From positions 3,844,001 through 3,908,000 of the forward strand of contig JAQFVV010000007.1 in NCBI GenBank assembly GCA_028023455.1: a DNA stretch of 64,000 nucleotides. Reading direction: 5' to 3'. The notes under the pieces were generated by a model that worked only from the letters and a program-made list of their open reading frames with translations, searched no databases and was not told where the DNA came from. Below are positions 1 to 13,212 of the stretch, piece by piece. Origin of the DNA: Epiperipatus broadwayi (Eukaryota; Animalia; Onychophora). Position 1 is the stretch's first letter, and every line of letters starts with the position of its first letter. The position numbers were made by a program, and so were the translations under genes.

Positions 1-214
1 CTGAAACGAGAAAAGCATTGATAGAAATAAAAAGATTAAAATATAAATGAGAAAGATTTATTATTTTTTCAGAAATAAAGAATTAAAAAGTTTTAGTAGT
101 AGCTTATATATAATAAAAGCAGTTTTTCACCTTATTTTTACCTAGTATAAGCTTGAGTAATCGGTGATTTTTAGAAGCAATAAAATTCCTATTCTTAATA
201 TTTAAATCTTTATC

Positions 215-251
215 CTCAGATCAGTCTCTGGTTTTGGCCTTCATCAGTGAG
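215..251 (-). ncRNA. Decayed hammerhead-ribozyme-like motif at a probable PLE end
   Basis: Minus strand reads ctca-CTGATGA-aggccaaaacca-GAGAC-tgatc-tgag. Stem I (ctca/tgag) and the CUGAUGA core are present, but GAAA is mutated and stem II is poor. Confidence 0.3.
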
Positions 252-280
252 ATTTAGGATTCAAAATTGGAACTAGAATA

Positions 281-550
281 AAGAATTGCTATTGTCATAA
301 TTGATTGTTAAAAAAAAAAGCGTTACTTTCTCAAAACATTTATTAAACTAATTAATATGGATGATATATTACAAATATGGAGATGAGTTATGGAACTAAC
401 ATTATTGAGTTAAACAGGCTTAGGTATTTAGTGGTTAAGTTCTTTGTTAACTTTATTAGAGAGTCTGATATAGCTTCCATGTCTCTTGAAAAATGAATGT
501 TGTGGCAAGAATTGCTATTGTCATAATTGATTGTTAAAAAAAAAGCGTTA
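281..550. repeat. ~45-bp direct repeat pair
   Basis: aagaattgctattgtcataattgattgtt(a)ngcgtta occurs at 281-325 and 507-550, identical except for A-run length. Confidence 0.9.
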
Positions 551-818
551 TCCCAGTAAAAAACAAAACAAAACAAAACGAACAAGATAAAAAAAAAAAC
601 TTAAAAATAATAATTTATGAAACATTCAGACTGAAAAAAAAATTCATTTAATAAAATCAATAATAAGCATTTGGTCCATTAGTATATTTAAAAATTAAAA
701 AAAAACATAAAAAGAATTTGATGATATAAACTATTATGTTCTTTATGAAAATTCTTTGCAAAACAAAGATGTCTAGAGAGAGATTGTTGATTGTTTTTGA
801 TATTGGTATTATCTAAGT

Positions 819-1001
819 CAGTGGCTCTCAACCTTCCTAATGCCATGTCCTTTAATGCAGTTTCTTATATTGTGGTGATCCCAAATCTTTAATTTTGCTA
901 CTATTATAAATCAAAAATGTGTTTTCCAATGGTCTTAGGCAACCCCTGTGAAAGTTGTTTGACCCTCAAAGGGGTCACAACCTACAGGTTGAGAACCGCT
1001 G
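819..1001. mobile_element. hAT-Charlie MITE resembling SPIN/URR1 non-autonomous elements
   Basis: TIRs CAGTGGCTCTCAACCT and AGGTTGAGAACCGCTG (14/16). Perfect 8-bp TSD ATCTAAGT at 811-818 and 1002-1009. Internal sequence (ttcctaatgcc...tgttttccaatggtcttaggcaacccctgtgaaag...caaaggggtcacaacctacagg) follows the URR1/SPIN MITE consensus as I recall it, with a short deletion and CpG decay. Confidence 0.88.
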
Positions 1002-2067
1002 ATCTAAGTGCTGACGGCATTCAATGAATTTACCCACCCAGAGAGATACACATATATAAGATAAATCAATTCTCGATAATGATCATGAATTACATCCAAA
1101 GTGTTGGAGGAAAACTGAAATAAAAACTGGTTCATAAAGTAAAATTGAAAAAAAAAAGATTTGAAAAGAAAAAGTGAGTTAAGGAATTTGTTGTAATTTT
1201 TTTAAAATTTTTAATAAAAAAAATTGCTGTAATTTATTGGCTGCATCATTTATTTTTATTTTAAATAAATTTATCAACAAATTAAAAAGAATTCGCCAGT
1301 CAAACAACATTAGCATTAGAGAAGATAATAAGATCACTTTATTGTACTATATTTTTCTCTGGGATTCTTTTTTGATCCTAGTTTTATGCATAATGGCAGG
1401 AATCGAATTATTCAAAGGTTAACTGAGTTTTCTTTAATTGAAAGATTTATTGCAAACATAATGCATTCATTCAATAAAATACAGCAGTCAAGATGAGATT
1501 GCCCTTTTAGTAAACTTCTACTAATATTGCAAGAATTTCCAAAATTATGGAATATTTTCTCTTGCCTTATTATCTTTTTTTCATAATATTATTTTATCTT
1601 GTTGAAATATGATGGAGAGTCTTCTTTATCATATTATTTTACTCTTTTCTCCACACATTACTTTTTCTTTCTATGACATGTCATAGTTTTCCATATTTCA
1701 TGCAAATTTAAGTTCCAGTTAGATCTGCATTATTTATGTGCTAGCCATAAAAATATAAGTAATGTTTTTTAAAGAATAAAAAATTAAAAAACCAAAGCTT
1801 GATAACTTTCATTTTAATTTCTGCAAAATTTACTATTACTGCATTATTTAAAAACAATTTGTTCATATGTTAATTATTTTTTACCACATCTGAACTGCAT
1901 TTCTATTCCACTGATTAGATACTTTGCGAAAAAGAGAAAAATTACTGTTGTTTAATATATAGAATATTTAAACAACTGAATTTAATGTAATTAAAACTGA
2001 TTTGAACTTAGATTTTCAAGCTTCCTAATACACATAACCACATATATGTGAAAAAGATAAATAATCT

Positions 2068-2109
2068 CCAATATATGTATTTTGTGCTGAACTAGTACTC
2101 ATCAGTTGG
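2068..2109 (-). ncRNA. Decayed minimal hammerhead-like motif
   Basis: Minus strand: ccaa-CTGATGA-gtac-tagttca-gcac-AAAA-tacatata-ttgg. Stem I is perfect, the core is intact, and AAAA is explainable as CpG decay of (c)GAAA. Confidence 0.35.
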
Positions 2110-4959
2110 TCCAGATCATGTGTATTGATTTGTATAAGATGGAGTGAATAGATGTAGGAAAATTGAATGCCTGAGTTCAAATTTCTTTTCATTATATGTC
2201 TATATTATAATATTGTAGGTAGTAGTCAACTCTGGCCATGCCAATATTATAACCTCCTTAAGTTCAGAACATATTAATTAATGGAGAAATGTTATTTAAT
2301 TTTCCCATGTATTTTTTTTAAATAGTACTAATGGGTATTTGATTTATTTATATATTTTCTTCATCAAATGATAGTATAAGAATTCTCAAACATTATTTTT
2401 TTTTAGTAATGATATGAATATTTTAATATGTAGTATAAAAATGTTTGTAAATTAGAGAAAAAATTATAAAATCATATGAATAATTTATTTTGTTCTCTCT
2501 CTTCAATAATATTATCTGTTTGCTAATTTTGGTTTTAGTTTTGAAAAGTACTGAGAAAAGTTAAAAATTATGTTCAGTAAATTGTTTGGCAATTTTTACT
2601 TTTAATTTTTTGGGAGAAATAGGGTGGGTAAGTTTTATGTTTGATGGAGTCTTTAGGGGAGAAGGAGCAAAAGTAATATTAGAGTTGTGATATTTTTTGT
2701 TAGGTTTTATTTTAATTGGTTAGAGTTGTTTTTTTCTTTTCTCTTTATCTCTCTCTCTCTAAATCAAAGATAATTAAAAAATGAACTTATTTTGGTATAA
2801 GTGAAAAACAAATACAGGAAACTTTTTTAACTTGTTTTGCAATAAAAAGGAGGGAAAAAGTTGAACAATTGTTTTTGCAAAAATAGATCTTATTGGTTTG
2901 TAGTAAAATTTGTCATGTAGAAGACAGAACTATAGTTGGTGGATAACAGGTTTGTTACAAAAATAAGTGTATGGGTAAATCAGAAAATCTCAATGTGTTG
3001 TAAAAAGAGATCAGTCTTAATGAAGCTGTTGAGGGCAGCAGTCAGCCCTGATAACACTGATGAAAAAGACAGCAGGAGAATTTAACTGTGTAAAACATAC
3101 TATACATTTAATTGCAGAAAAATGTTTTTAAAATGAAACCACATATGTGCTAATTTAGCTAGAAGCTAAACATCCTCTACTTCCATGTTAACTGTTACAT
3201 TAAAAAATGTAAAAGAGAAGAAAATACCTTTGAAGTAATTTACAACAAAGTTTGTCTCCAATCAAGAGCATGAATATCCATAACTTGATATGTTTAGCCT
3301 GACTTGAAAAATTATTAGAAAAAAAAATTGATAAATTCTTTCTGTTTTTAGCCTGAACATATTGTATAGAATAATGGATAATTTAAATGTTCAAATTAGC
3401 CTGGAATTGAGAAGCTTTTAAAAAGAATACTGGAAATACACATCAAAGAAAGATTCAAAAAATAAAATAAAACCATGATTAAAAGTATTTTATTTAATGT
3501 GCACATTACATTTAAATTTATAAAGAAATTTTTAAATTAAGTAACAATTGACAATAATTAATTTTATTAGTATCTTTTTTCAATTGAAACATGTTTTTTA
3601 TTTAGTTATTTTCCTTCAAAGTTATAAAAAAGGGTTTTTATGTAATTTCATTTTTATTAAATTACATTTAACATTTTCTTTTAAAATATATTTTTTTTAT
3701 TCATTTGATTTATTTTCTTTTCAAAATTATACAGAGGATAACTGATTCAAAATTTCATTACCTCTGATTGTGAAAAGGCTGTTTTCCAACTTTTATTATT
3801 TTTTTAAAAAAAAGAAAGCTGAAGTTAATTCATTTAAGGAGTAAAATCAACTGGTTAGTTATTTATAAATATGAAACTATACTTTTGATAAGTATGTATA
3901 CATTTAAATCATCATGCCATTTTTAAAGTTTTTAATTATTAATCAGTTAGTTCATTAAATAATTATTAAAAATCTTTTAGTGTCAATGTCTTTATTCTGT
4001 CAACTATCTGTTCTATGAATGAGTAATGTGTGTGACTTGATTTTATTACAGCTTATTACAGCTTAGTGTTTTAGAATTTTTAAAAAAATTATCCCAGTAA
4101 ATTAATTAAAATAGAGTGGAGACTTATGACCTTGAGCTAGCTCTATAGAGCATAATGGTTATCTACATGAATATAAGAGTTTATATTTGTGTTTGTACAT
4201 TCAGATGATAACTCTGGACGACACAAAGTCTTACCTTTAAAGTCCATTTATTGCATTTTGTTTTTATTATAAATTTAATTTATAATTGGTTTGTACACTA
4301 AGAATACTATATAACCAGAGCATTGATGATGATCAGCATGGATCAATATCCAAGCAGTATTTTTCATATTCTGATTGATATTTTAAAACCTAGTTATATG
4401 TATCTAAATAATAATTGTATATTTTGCCCTAAGTTTGTCAGTGGTTAAGTAAGTAGCCTGTTTTATAATGTATCTCTTAACTGCTTTGCAATGTTAAGTG
4501 TCATACTGAATTTTTAAAAATTTGATTTGAGACCAATTTTACATAACATCCATTTTAATAATGTTAGAGCAAAATGCTATATATTGACAGAAAATAGAAA
4601 AACTAAGGAACAAAATCAGGCTAAGAAAAGTAGTGATTACCATTAAAAAAGTAAGGATAAAAAAAATTTCAATATCTGAAAAAAGTATTATTTTGTTGTT
4701 TGTTCATAATTTGTAATTTATCATTAACTGAGTTTAAAATTATATCTCTATTGATAATGTTTTTGTATTCCTCAAAAAATTCTCATTCAAACCATATATA
4801 ATACTTTTTTACCTGAGATAATCCATAGCTTCAGAACTTAAAAAAAAAAAAAGAACTGCAAGAATTCATCATATTTTATTGTACCCAAGAAGCTAAAAAA
4901 TCTCAAGACAATTATAAGAAAATAATTATTTCTAATAAAAGATACAACATAAATCCTTC

Positions 4960-5610
4960 CTAGAAGGTTGATATGCATTTGTAATTATAGAAATTGGCTT
5001 ATTGTCTATCCAAAACTTGAAATTGAATGTCACTGTTTTTATCAATGATAAAATGAGTCTCCTTTCTTCATTTTATAATTTTTGTGCACACCAGTGATGC
5101 TATTTTGTTATATTTATTCACACAGAGATATAATTTATTTGCATATAACTCATTTTCTAGTCATAGATTTGAAAATAATGTGATGCAAAATGTAACAAAA
5201 CTACTGACTCCACAGAATATCTATCAAGACATAGCCAAAGTCTTGATTTGATTGTTTTCCTGCCTACAATTTCATGTGGTATACATAACCATTGTGGCTA
5301 TTACTGCAGATGCACAACTTGAAACCTCTCTTTATTGGTTTTAAGAGTTTATATTTTTATATGGTAGTATGCCCAGTAGATTTTGTGATTGCTTCATCAA
5401 CTGCAACTTTTCTGTGCATTTGATAATCTGCATTAAAATTTATATTGCACTGCTCTATAATAGCCTAATTTTATAGATGCAGTTAAAATCATTACTTCTT
5501 ATACAAACAGACATGCTAATAAATTATTAAACAGTTTAAGAATCATTATTCTATAAAGTAAGGTTGCCTCAAACTTGGATCAAATCCCCAAAATTACTTT
5601 GTACATAATC
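4960..5610 (-). mobile_element. Degenerate piggyBac transposase fragment
   Basis: Frameshifted minus-strand translation gives DPSLRQPYF, YKIRLL..NINFNADYQMHRKVAVDEAITKSTGH, KPIKERF...SHNGYVY and KMKKGD...WIDNKPISIITNAYQP. These match the piggyBac DDD domain motifs (VDE, KPxKxG, WxDNK). Confidence 0.78.
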
Positions 5611-6427
5611 ACCTAATTTTCAAACATAATTTATGTACTACACAGACATGTTAGCATAGATACAAACTTAATAAAAAAATTTAAAATAATAATTATCAAA
5701 TAATAAAACAATGTAAAATAATAAATAATAAAAAAATCTAAAATTGAATACTTACATATAATATACAGCTTTACATATTCTGGGAATGAAGGCCTTGAAA
5801 TTGCAAAATCTTTGAATTATGTTGAATCCATTTTCTAATTACATTTTGCCATTAAAACATTTATGTCTTTGTTTTCTATGTACAATATAATAAATTGAGC
5901 CGAAAAAAATAAGTGGTCTTATTACTAGAAAAATTAATAAAAAATTAAATTTTTGTCAGATTTTGACATGTCATATACCATATTAAAAAGGAAATGAAAC
6001 CACAGAGATTGATGGTATTCAGCACATGCGTAGTCCATTTGGTTTTTCTGCAATTTTAAAATGAAAACAAAATTTTTTAAGTTCATAAGAATGAGCAGCA
6101 GACACTGCCAACTTTTGTGAAATAGTTAAATTCAGTCACGAAGATTGACTGTTGATTATTGATTTAATTGTTCATTTATAATGCTGGGTAATTTAAAGGT
6201 TATAACTGATTATAAGTATTATCATTAGCATAACTATTTATTGTTTTATATAATTTTATTCTTTGCTGATCACATGATGTCATGCTTCTTACATATTCAT
6301 TCCTGTTTAAGCATTCATTACTGTCTTATATTATTATTCCTTTTGATTATTCATTATATTGTTATCAGAGAGAATGATGGGGTGTGATTTACCATCTCTC
6401 CATATTACCCTCTTCTCTCATACTATT

Positions 6428-6430
<3 letters not shown>

Positions 6431-6489
<59 letters not shown>
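6431..6489. repeat. (TA)n microsatellite
   Basis: Pure AT dinucleotide run. Confidence 0.98.
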
Positions 6490-6492
<3 letters not shown>

Positions 6493-7014
6493 ATGAAATG
6501 GACTATGAGAACTGCTCAGTTATTGGGTTATTATGAATATTATTCTAGGGAATAATTAACTGTTTATCAATAACCATCAGGAAATCATGTACAAGGTGGA
6601 GTGACTATAACATAAAATTTTATCTTATTTGATTATAGCCATGGATAATGACCAGACTGAAATCTATATCAAGCACAAACCTACATGTAGATTCAATCAT
6701 ATTTCCTGTTCATTATTCACCCCACATATATATTATTATTCTATAGATAAGTGTTTAAACTAATTTTGTTAGAAGTGCAAAATCAAAATATATTTTAGTC
6801 TATAGATATTTAAATAAAATCCTTGATTTTTACTTCACCTTTGAGTGGTAAGTTTTAAATTGCACTTTACGCAAAAAAGTGAAGTTTATTATTATTAGAA
6901 AAGAATTATACAGCTGAGCACTTTCAGAGAACTTAAGTCTCCCTATTCATAGCCTACTTTAAGCGAAGTTTAGCAGTAATTTATGCAAAATTTATGCAAA
7001 GTTTTCTTTCATAA

Positions 7015-7335
7015 AGACCATTTTTTGGAGATTGTAAAGCATGATTCTTTTTGGTTTATTAAATAGTTGTCATTTGCAATAAAGCATGTCTCCTTAATCT
7101 ATCATTTCATATCATTACATTCGGTGCACAGTGCCCTTGCCACAGTGGCTTTGAACACATGGCCTGTTGTTTTTTTGTGCTCAAAGAATGTGGATTTGTT
7201 TTCAGTATTATTTAGAGCTTTCCTGTATAAATAATGATGTTGAGATGTTCTGGTGGTAATGTTGGCACAGGTCTTTCTATAATATGTTGCTCTACATCCA
7301 TTGATTGGGCATGAATATTTAATTAAAATACTTGT
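7015..7335 (-). mobile_element. Penelope-like element GIY-YIG endonuclease remnant
   Basis: Translation KYSCPINGCRATYYRKTCANITTRTSQHH...KSTFFEH, then after a frameshift TTGHVF...IKETCFIA...INQKES. This is the PLE CxxxC / YxGxT / EH / GH / IKE motif order. Confidence 0.75.
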
Positions 7336-7583
7336 TTGTCAAATGAGAAATTACTGAGAATATAATATATTTAAATAATAGCAATTTTTTAGAACAATAA
7401 AAATAAAATATAAACAGTTTAACATTTTTTATATTTATATAAATGAAATATATAAATTAAATGAATGAAATATATGAAAAAAAAATTGATCTGAGAAATC
7501 ATTCAAGGATAAATCCAGTTTCCCCCTAAACTTGACTGATTTCTAGTTCCAAGATTAATAATAATAATAACACATTTTTATGA

Positions 7584-7855
7584 TATGTTGTTGTTGTTGT
7601 AGTAGTAGTAGTAGTAGTAGTAATAGTAGTAGTAGTGGTAGTGGTAGTAATAGTAGTAGCAGCAGTAGTAGCAGTAGCAGCAGCAGCAGTAGTAGTGGTA
7701 GTGGAGGTGGTGGTGGTGGGTGTGGAGGGTGGTGGTGATGGTTGTGGTGGTGGTAGTAGTAGTAGTAGCAGTAGCAGTAACAATAATAATAACAACAATA
7801 ATAAATATAGTAGTAGTAGTAGTAATAGTAATAATAATATCATCATCATCAACAT
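7584..7855. repeat. Compound trinucleotide microsatellite (GTT/GTA/GCA/GGT/AGT/AAC/AAT/ATC)
   Basis: Successive triplet runs, mostly differing by one base. They create the two spurious low-complexity ORFs. Confidence 0.95.
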
Positions 7856-10778
7856 GTTAATTTTTAATGCAAAAGAAAAATGTGTCTTTTGCAAATATTT
7901 ATTTATTATAAAGTTACTTAATATAATCTCACCCAAAATTTCTGTGTTTGTTGAGCTCAACATATATGCAATGTTTTTTAAATTTCTTTTCTTCTGCATT
8001 TAATGTTCATATAACATTGAAATCTTGACCATTATTGACATAGTATCATGGTTTCATGTATAAGTGTGTAAATTATAAAACATGAAGATTTTCCAAACCA
8101 CAACATATTTCTTTTGGTTGTATTTTGTAGAGATGAAAACCAAATAAATGTTTTATACCATGCATTTAATATTTCCAGTAAATCTGACATAATTTATTTT
8201 AATTGTACTTAATAAATATTCAATATTTGTGCAGTTTCTTCTTCCTAAGTACATTCTTCTTATAAACTAGTGTTTATTTCTTCTTTGACTTCTTTAGTTT
8301 ATATAATTAAATATTGTATTTTGATGTAATGACAGCAGATAAATTTGACAATAGTAGGTATAATGATGCAATTATTTTCGATATAAAGACGTTATATTTT
8401 AATACAAGAAATGGGAAAGCACTCAAACTGGATTTTTTTACCCCATCATGGTAAATAAATTTGAATAGGAATGAATAAAAATTATTTTTATAACTGCTAA
8501 TTTCTGAGAAGTACAAAAATGCTTCTTGTTGTCTAGCAAGAATCAAAGTTCACATTTATTATAAAAATAGAATATTCTCCCATTGTCTGAAAATTAATCT
8601 ACATTCACCTTAATATATATATTATTGACATTTAATATTTTTACAAACAATTTTATTTTCCAAAATCAAATTTTTAAACAAAGAAGCAAAACTTATTTTC
8701 TTACAAATTTATTTTCTTTTTTAATTTAAAACATAGTGTGATTTGCTTTTCTTTTTTTTTTTTTAAAAAAAAAAATCAAGCATTAAAAAGTTTAAAAAAA
8801 AAAATAACAACCCTTTTTTATTTATTTCCAGAATTTATTCATGTGATGTATTACAGAGAGGTTCAATATATATATTACTAATTATTTATTAGGCAAGAAA
8901 TTATCATATCATTCATAGCCCAGATACCAGTTAAAGATTATTGTTTCTGCTTTTAAATTAAATATCAAATACATGGAGAAATTAAATTTTTTTAGATGTA
9001 TTTATTCATCTGTTTTAAAAATATGTAATGAAGTGAATGTCTTAAGTATATATATATACCTATACCCCACTTAGTGTGCAATCTTTATGCAAAGACTCAC
9101 TATAATGATTATCATCAATTTTACCCCCTATTTTGATTTACAGTTAATTATTCACTATAATGACCACAAACATTTTTAGTGGCCATTTTGAAAATGGCAG
9201 CCATAATTTAAGACTGATAACATTATAGAATGGTGATTTTATGCTATCTGAAAGAAAAATGACAACATTCTTACTAAAAATGTACAATACAGAGTTTACT
9301 CATTATATATAATACAGTATAGAATAATTTTATTATAAAATTAAAATACAATTAATGTACAGTGCTATAATTTTTATCCAATGTCCTAATTAATGATATA
9401 TTTAGAGTAAAGTTTAATGATTATAAAAGTAAAAAAAAGTGTTTCATTCAGTACAATAACTAATAAAAAGCCTATTTGTATGATATACAAAAACCAAATT
9501 GATTAATATTATACTTTTAAATGTATACATTATCTTAAAAATTGTAGATTTACTCACTTTTATAGATTAAAAATTCTTACTAATGTATATTTCTTCTGAC
9601 AAAATGACAATTATTGTACAGTAATTGTAAAATTTAGTTACCATAATTGTAAGTTATTTTGAGAAAGAAAAATGAATTCATACATTATGCGATCAAAGCC
9701 ACTAAATATAAGTGTAAGATATCATTTATTGTATAGTATTTGCTTAATTTTAAATCAGAACATCATATTATGTTTTAAAGGTATTCAAGCAAAGTTATTC
9801 ATCAAAAACATAAAAAGACACAGTGCTGAGAATAGAAATATAAAGTTTATTCAAAGTAAAACTAAAAGTAAGTTTTAATCATATACTACATTATTAATAA
9901 TTAATTTTAAATTGTGTACAGTAGTAGTTTAAGTTAAAAAATATTTACTTGCTAGATTTTTAATCACAATCTTGTAATTTATTTTAGATATATGCAAGAT
10001 AATGGTTAGACTAAACTTAAAAAATTATAGTATAAAAAAATACAAATTTTATTCTGCATAAAACTAAAATTAAATTTGGGTTGTATATTATTAATAATTA
10101 ATTTTAAATTTTGTACTGTTATATATTAGCTAAAATATTCAATCAAGTAATTTTAAATTAAAATCTTTATGATCTTTGAATTAAATCATGATTGCATATT
10201 ATTATAATTTCCAGTCAAATCAAAATGTTTATTATTGCAAACAAAAAAAATGAAAGAGAGATTTCATCTTTATGCATTTAATAATAAATTTTATATGTTG
10301 AAAATGCAATACAAATAGAGTAAAAAAGTTTCATGCTTTTAATTTTGCTTTAATTGATCCACATTTTTGCTATTACAATGTACTGCATTATTTGAAAAAT
10401 TGCATATTCATTTCAAAAAAATAGTTACCTTGTGTAATAAAATGTAACATCTCATGCCATAAAAAAGAGTATAGGTAATGTATTTGTATATAAAGTGCTG
10501 TTCATTTAGATCTGCATAATGCATACTATAAAAAAAGTCTTCAATATTTATTATACTATGCAAAAATTAGATTTCTTTTTTGTATGTTGAAACTTTTATT
10601 TTTTCAAAGTTAACAGCACAATTAGGTTATAATAATAAGCAGTTTTACAAATTGGTTACCCATCATTAAAAAAACACATCTTTATGGTCATAACAATACA
10701 GTTATGAGACATTACTAATATTGCATTTTTCATTCTAAATAACTTCACATAAATAATATAAGATAATGAATTTTAAAA

Positions 10779-10996
10779 AACAATATATCTTATTAAATAA
10801 TGACAAACATCTTACACCTTTAAGCAAATAATGTTTATTAATATAATGACAGTTTTGACTGTTCTTTGCAGTCTTAGAGAAATAGATTGAGATCTGAAGA
10901 AGATTGTGATGAACAGTTGAAACTGTTATTATATTAATAAACATTATTTGCTTAAAGGTGTAAGAAGTTTGTGATTATTTAATAAGATATATTGTT
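10779..10996. mobile_element. Fold-back element with hammerhead-like motif (PLE-derived)
   Basis: Inverted arms ~10779-10875 and ~10899-10996. The + strand at 10894-10930 reads CTGAAGA-agattg-tgatgaa-cagtt-GAAAC-tgtt, and the inverted partner gives agactg...cagtc-aaaac-tgtc. Confidence 0.7.
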
Positions 10997-11364
10997 ATAT
11001 ATGGATAAGCAAAATTACTGAAGAAGAAGAAGAAAGAAGTATATACAGAATTATAGAGAATTTTTAAAAAGTGAACATAAGAATGGGGTGTTTTTCAATA
11101 TAATTATTAACAATTTTGCAAAGATTAGACCAGAAATTGCTTACTCTCATTTTTTTTGTGTTATTTTTTATACATTGGCACAGTGAAACCAAACACTTTT
11201 TTTAACAATATTATTTTTTTTTTTAAGTTTACAGTTAATACATTTTCAACCAAAATTATAGCAGCAACTAAAACCAAATCATAATCTTCAAGATGTATGA
11301 ATCTCAACAACTAATACAGTATTTTGTTGATACTTTGGATAAAGATTCTGGTAAGAAATTTATA

Positions 11365-11640
11365 ACAACAATATTAAAGAGTTTTTGCAATCTCATATAA
11401 AATAATTAACTAATGAGGAATTAATGCAACTGGATGAAGAAAAAAAATACAGTGAAGAAAAGAAAATCAACTAACCTGTAGAGATGTCATGAACAGCCTT
11501 TCTGAAGAATTTTACCTATCCCAGAATGCTTTATCATACCTAAAAATGTGTTAAGTTAATGAATGAGACCTTATAATGCACATTTTATATGAAAAAAAAT
11601 CAAAGAAGCAAGTCAAACATTCATTTTAAACTTTTTCAAT
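11365..11640 (+). mobile_element. Tigger/pogo transposase C-terminal remnant
   Basis: NNIKEFLQSHIK*LTNEELMQLDEEKKYSEEKK followed by a ..YEKK..K..FILNFF-like tail, typical of Tigger C-termini. Confidence 0.6.
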
Positions 11641-12879
11641 AAAGATCCTCAGCCATGATTAAATACAAAAAACCCAAGATCATCAAAGGATTTAAAAGAC
11701 AATGATAGACTATTAGAATGAACCACTAATGACTCAGATAACTGGGTTATGAATAGATGGATTATAAGAAAGAACAACTTTAAGCTAAGCATTTTTTAAT
11801 TTTTACATAGAGTTAAGTTGCATTATCTTCCATACATACATACTTTAAGTGCATACCTGCATAATACACAATAGTACATTTTACATATACATATATTGCA
11901 CATTAGGAGTCTTTAAATTATTATATATACTAGGTTACATTGTTTGACATACATTTATAGTCTAATTTTTATCCACAGGAATGAGCTAAATTCCAGTAGA
12001 AAATGCTTATAATCTCTTGCTTTTCATATGATCTTCTTGCTTGACAATGGGTTTTGTGGAACCAATTATTCTTTCTAAGTGGGATAAAGTTGGATATGCA
12101 TGTATATGATTGTGTATATATGCTGTAACAAAGATTTTTGAGCTATACCATGCATCAGTTCTTCACAATGAAAAATTCTTATGACTATCAATCAAAAAAT
12201 TAGTCTTTTTAAATGTCTTTAAAAAATTCTTCATCCACAAACACAAAATACCACTTTTTTAACATAATCTCATTAAATGTTGTCAAAGGCTATCCTGAAA
12301 ACATGTATTAATACAACTGTGTCTGAATTAAAGTCTTTTCATTAGATATTTGATCGTGTAGTTGTCCAAACATAATTGAAAAAAGGTTAACAAAAGTTTC
12401 TGAATTTTCTTTGGTTTTCACAGTTGACTTTTAAAAATATGATTGCTAAAACCTTTTGTTAATCTTTCTCCAACTATGATGGAAAACTATTTTATAAAAT
12501 GTCTACTATAAATATTTTAATTCAAACACAGTCTTATTCTTAATTGAGATTCACCAATTATTCAGGAAATCATAGTTTTGTCAAGAAGAGGTTATTTATG
12601 ACTATGGCTACAGTGTTATTTAAAGACTTTAAACAGATTTTTTTTAGTCTTTGATTGCTGTTCATAAGAATTTCTCAACACCAATAATTAAAACATGTCA
12701 GGTTTTAAAACTTCCTTTTATATACGTCATATGTTACAGCATAATGGTGGCTAATGAATGGCTTTCAATTCAAATTTTTGGGAGTAAAATCTCTAAATCA
12801 ATTTATGGAGTATGTAGTACCACAAATATTTTAAGGTACTACCATGTCAGGATCATGAATTATGACATGAAATATGACA

Positions 12880-13017
12880 ACATGAACTTTTGTTTTAAAT
12901 GGAAAAAACTGCTATTGAAACTTTTGAAATGATTCAAACAGTACTCTATAAGAAAGCTCAACATTTACAAATGGTTTGAAAAATTTGAAGATGAAAGGAA
13001 AAGCATTGAAGATAATT
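12880..13017 (+). mobile_element. Mariner transposase N-terminal HTH remnant
   Basis: MNFCFK(L)GKTAIETFEMIQTV...IYKWFEKFEDERKSIEDN with frameshifts. Confidence 0.78.
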
Positions 13018-13212
13018 TATAAAGGTATGAAACACACATTTCATATCATAACTTGTCATCCAGTCATTTTAGGAATTTTATAGTGAATAGTCACACTAAG
13101 ATGCTACATCTCATATGCATTGAATTAGAAAACCTGTCATATTTTCACTCAAACACACACACACAATATATATGTATATATATATATATATATGTGTGTG
13201 TGGGTGATTTGA

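Noticed and set aside
5640-5760. Intron within the piggyBac remnant (GTAAGT ... CTAAC ... TAG)
   Set aside because: The upstream segment could not be placed in the transposase, so the signals may be chance in AT-rich DNA.
7526-8003. 157-aa and 122-aa overlapping ORFs with poly-L/T/V/S/N tracts
   Set aside because: Both are open only because of a stop-free compound trinucleotide microsatellite. There are no splice or homology cues.
9890-10110. ~24-bp direct repeat (9890-9913, 10087-10110)
   Set aside because: It is almost pure A/T with no recognisable element between the copies.
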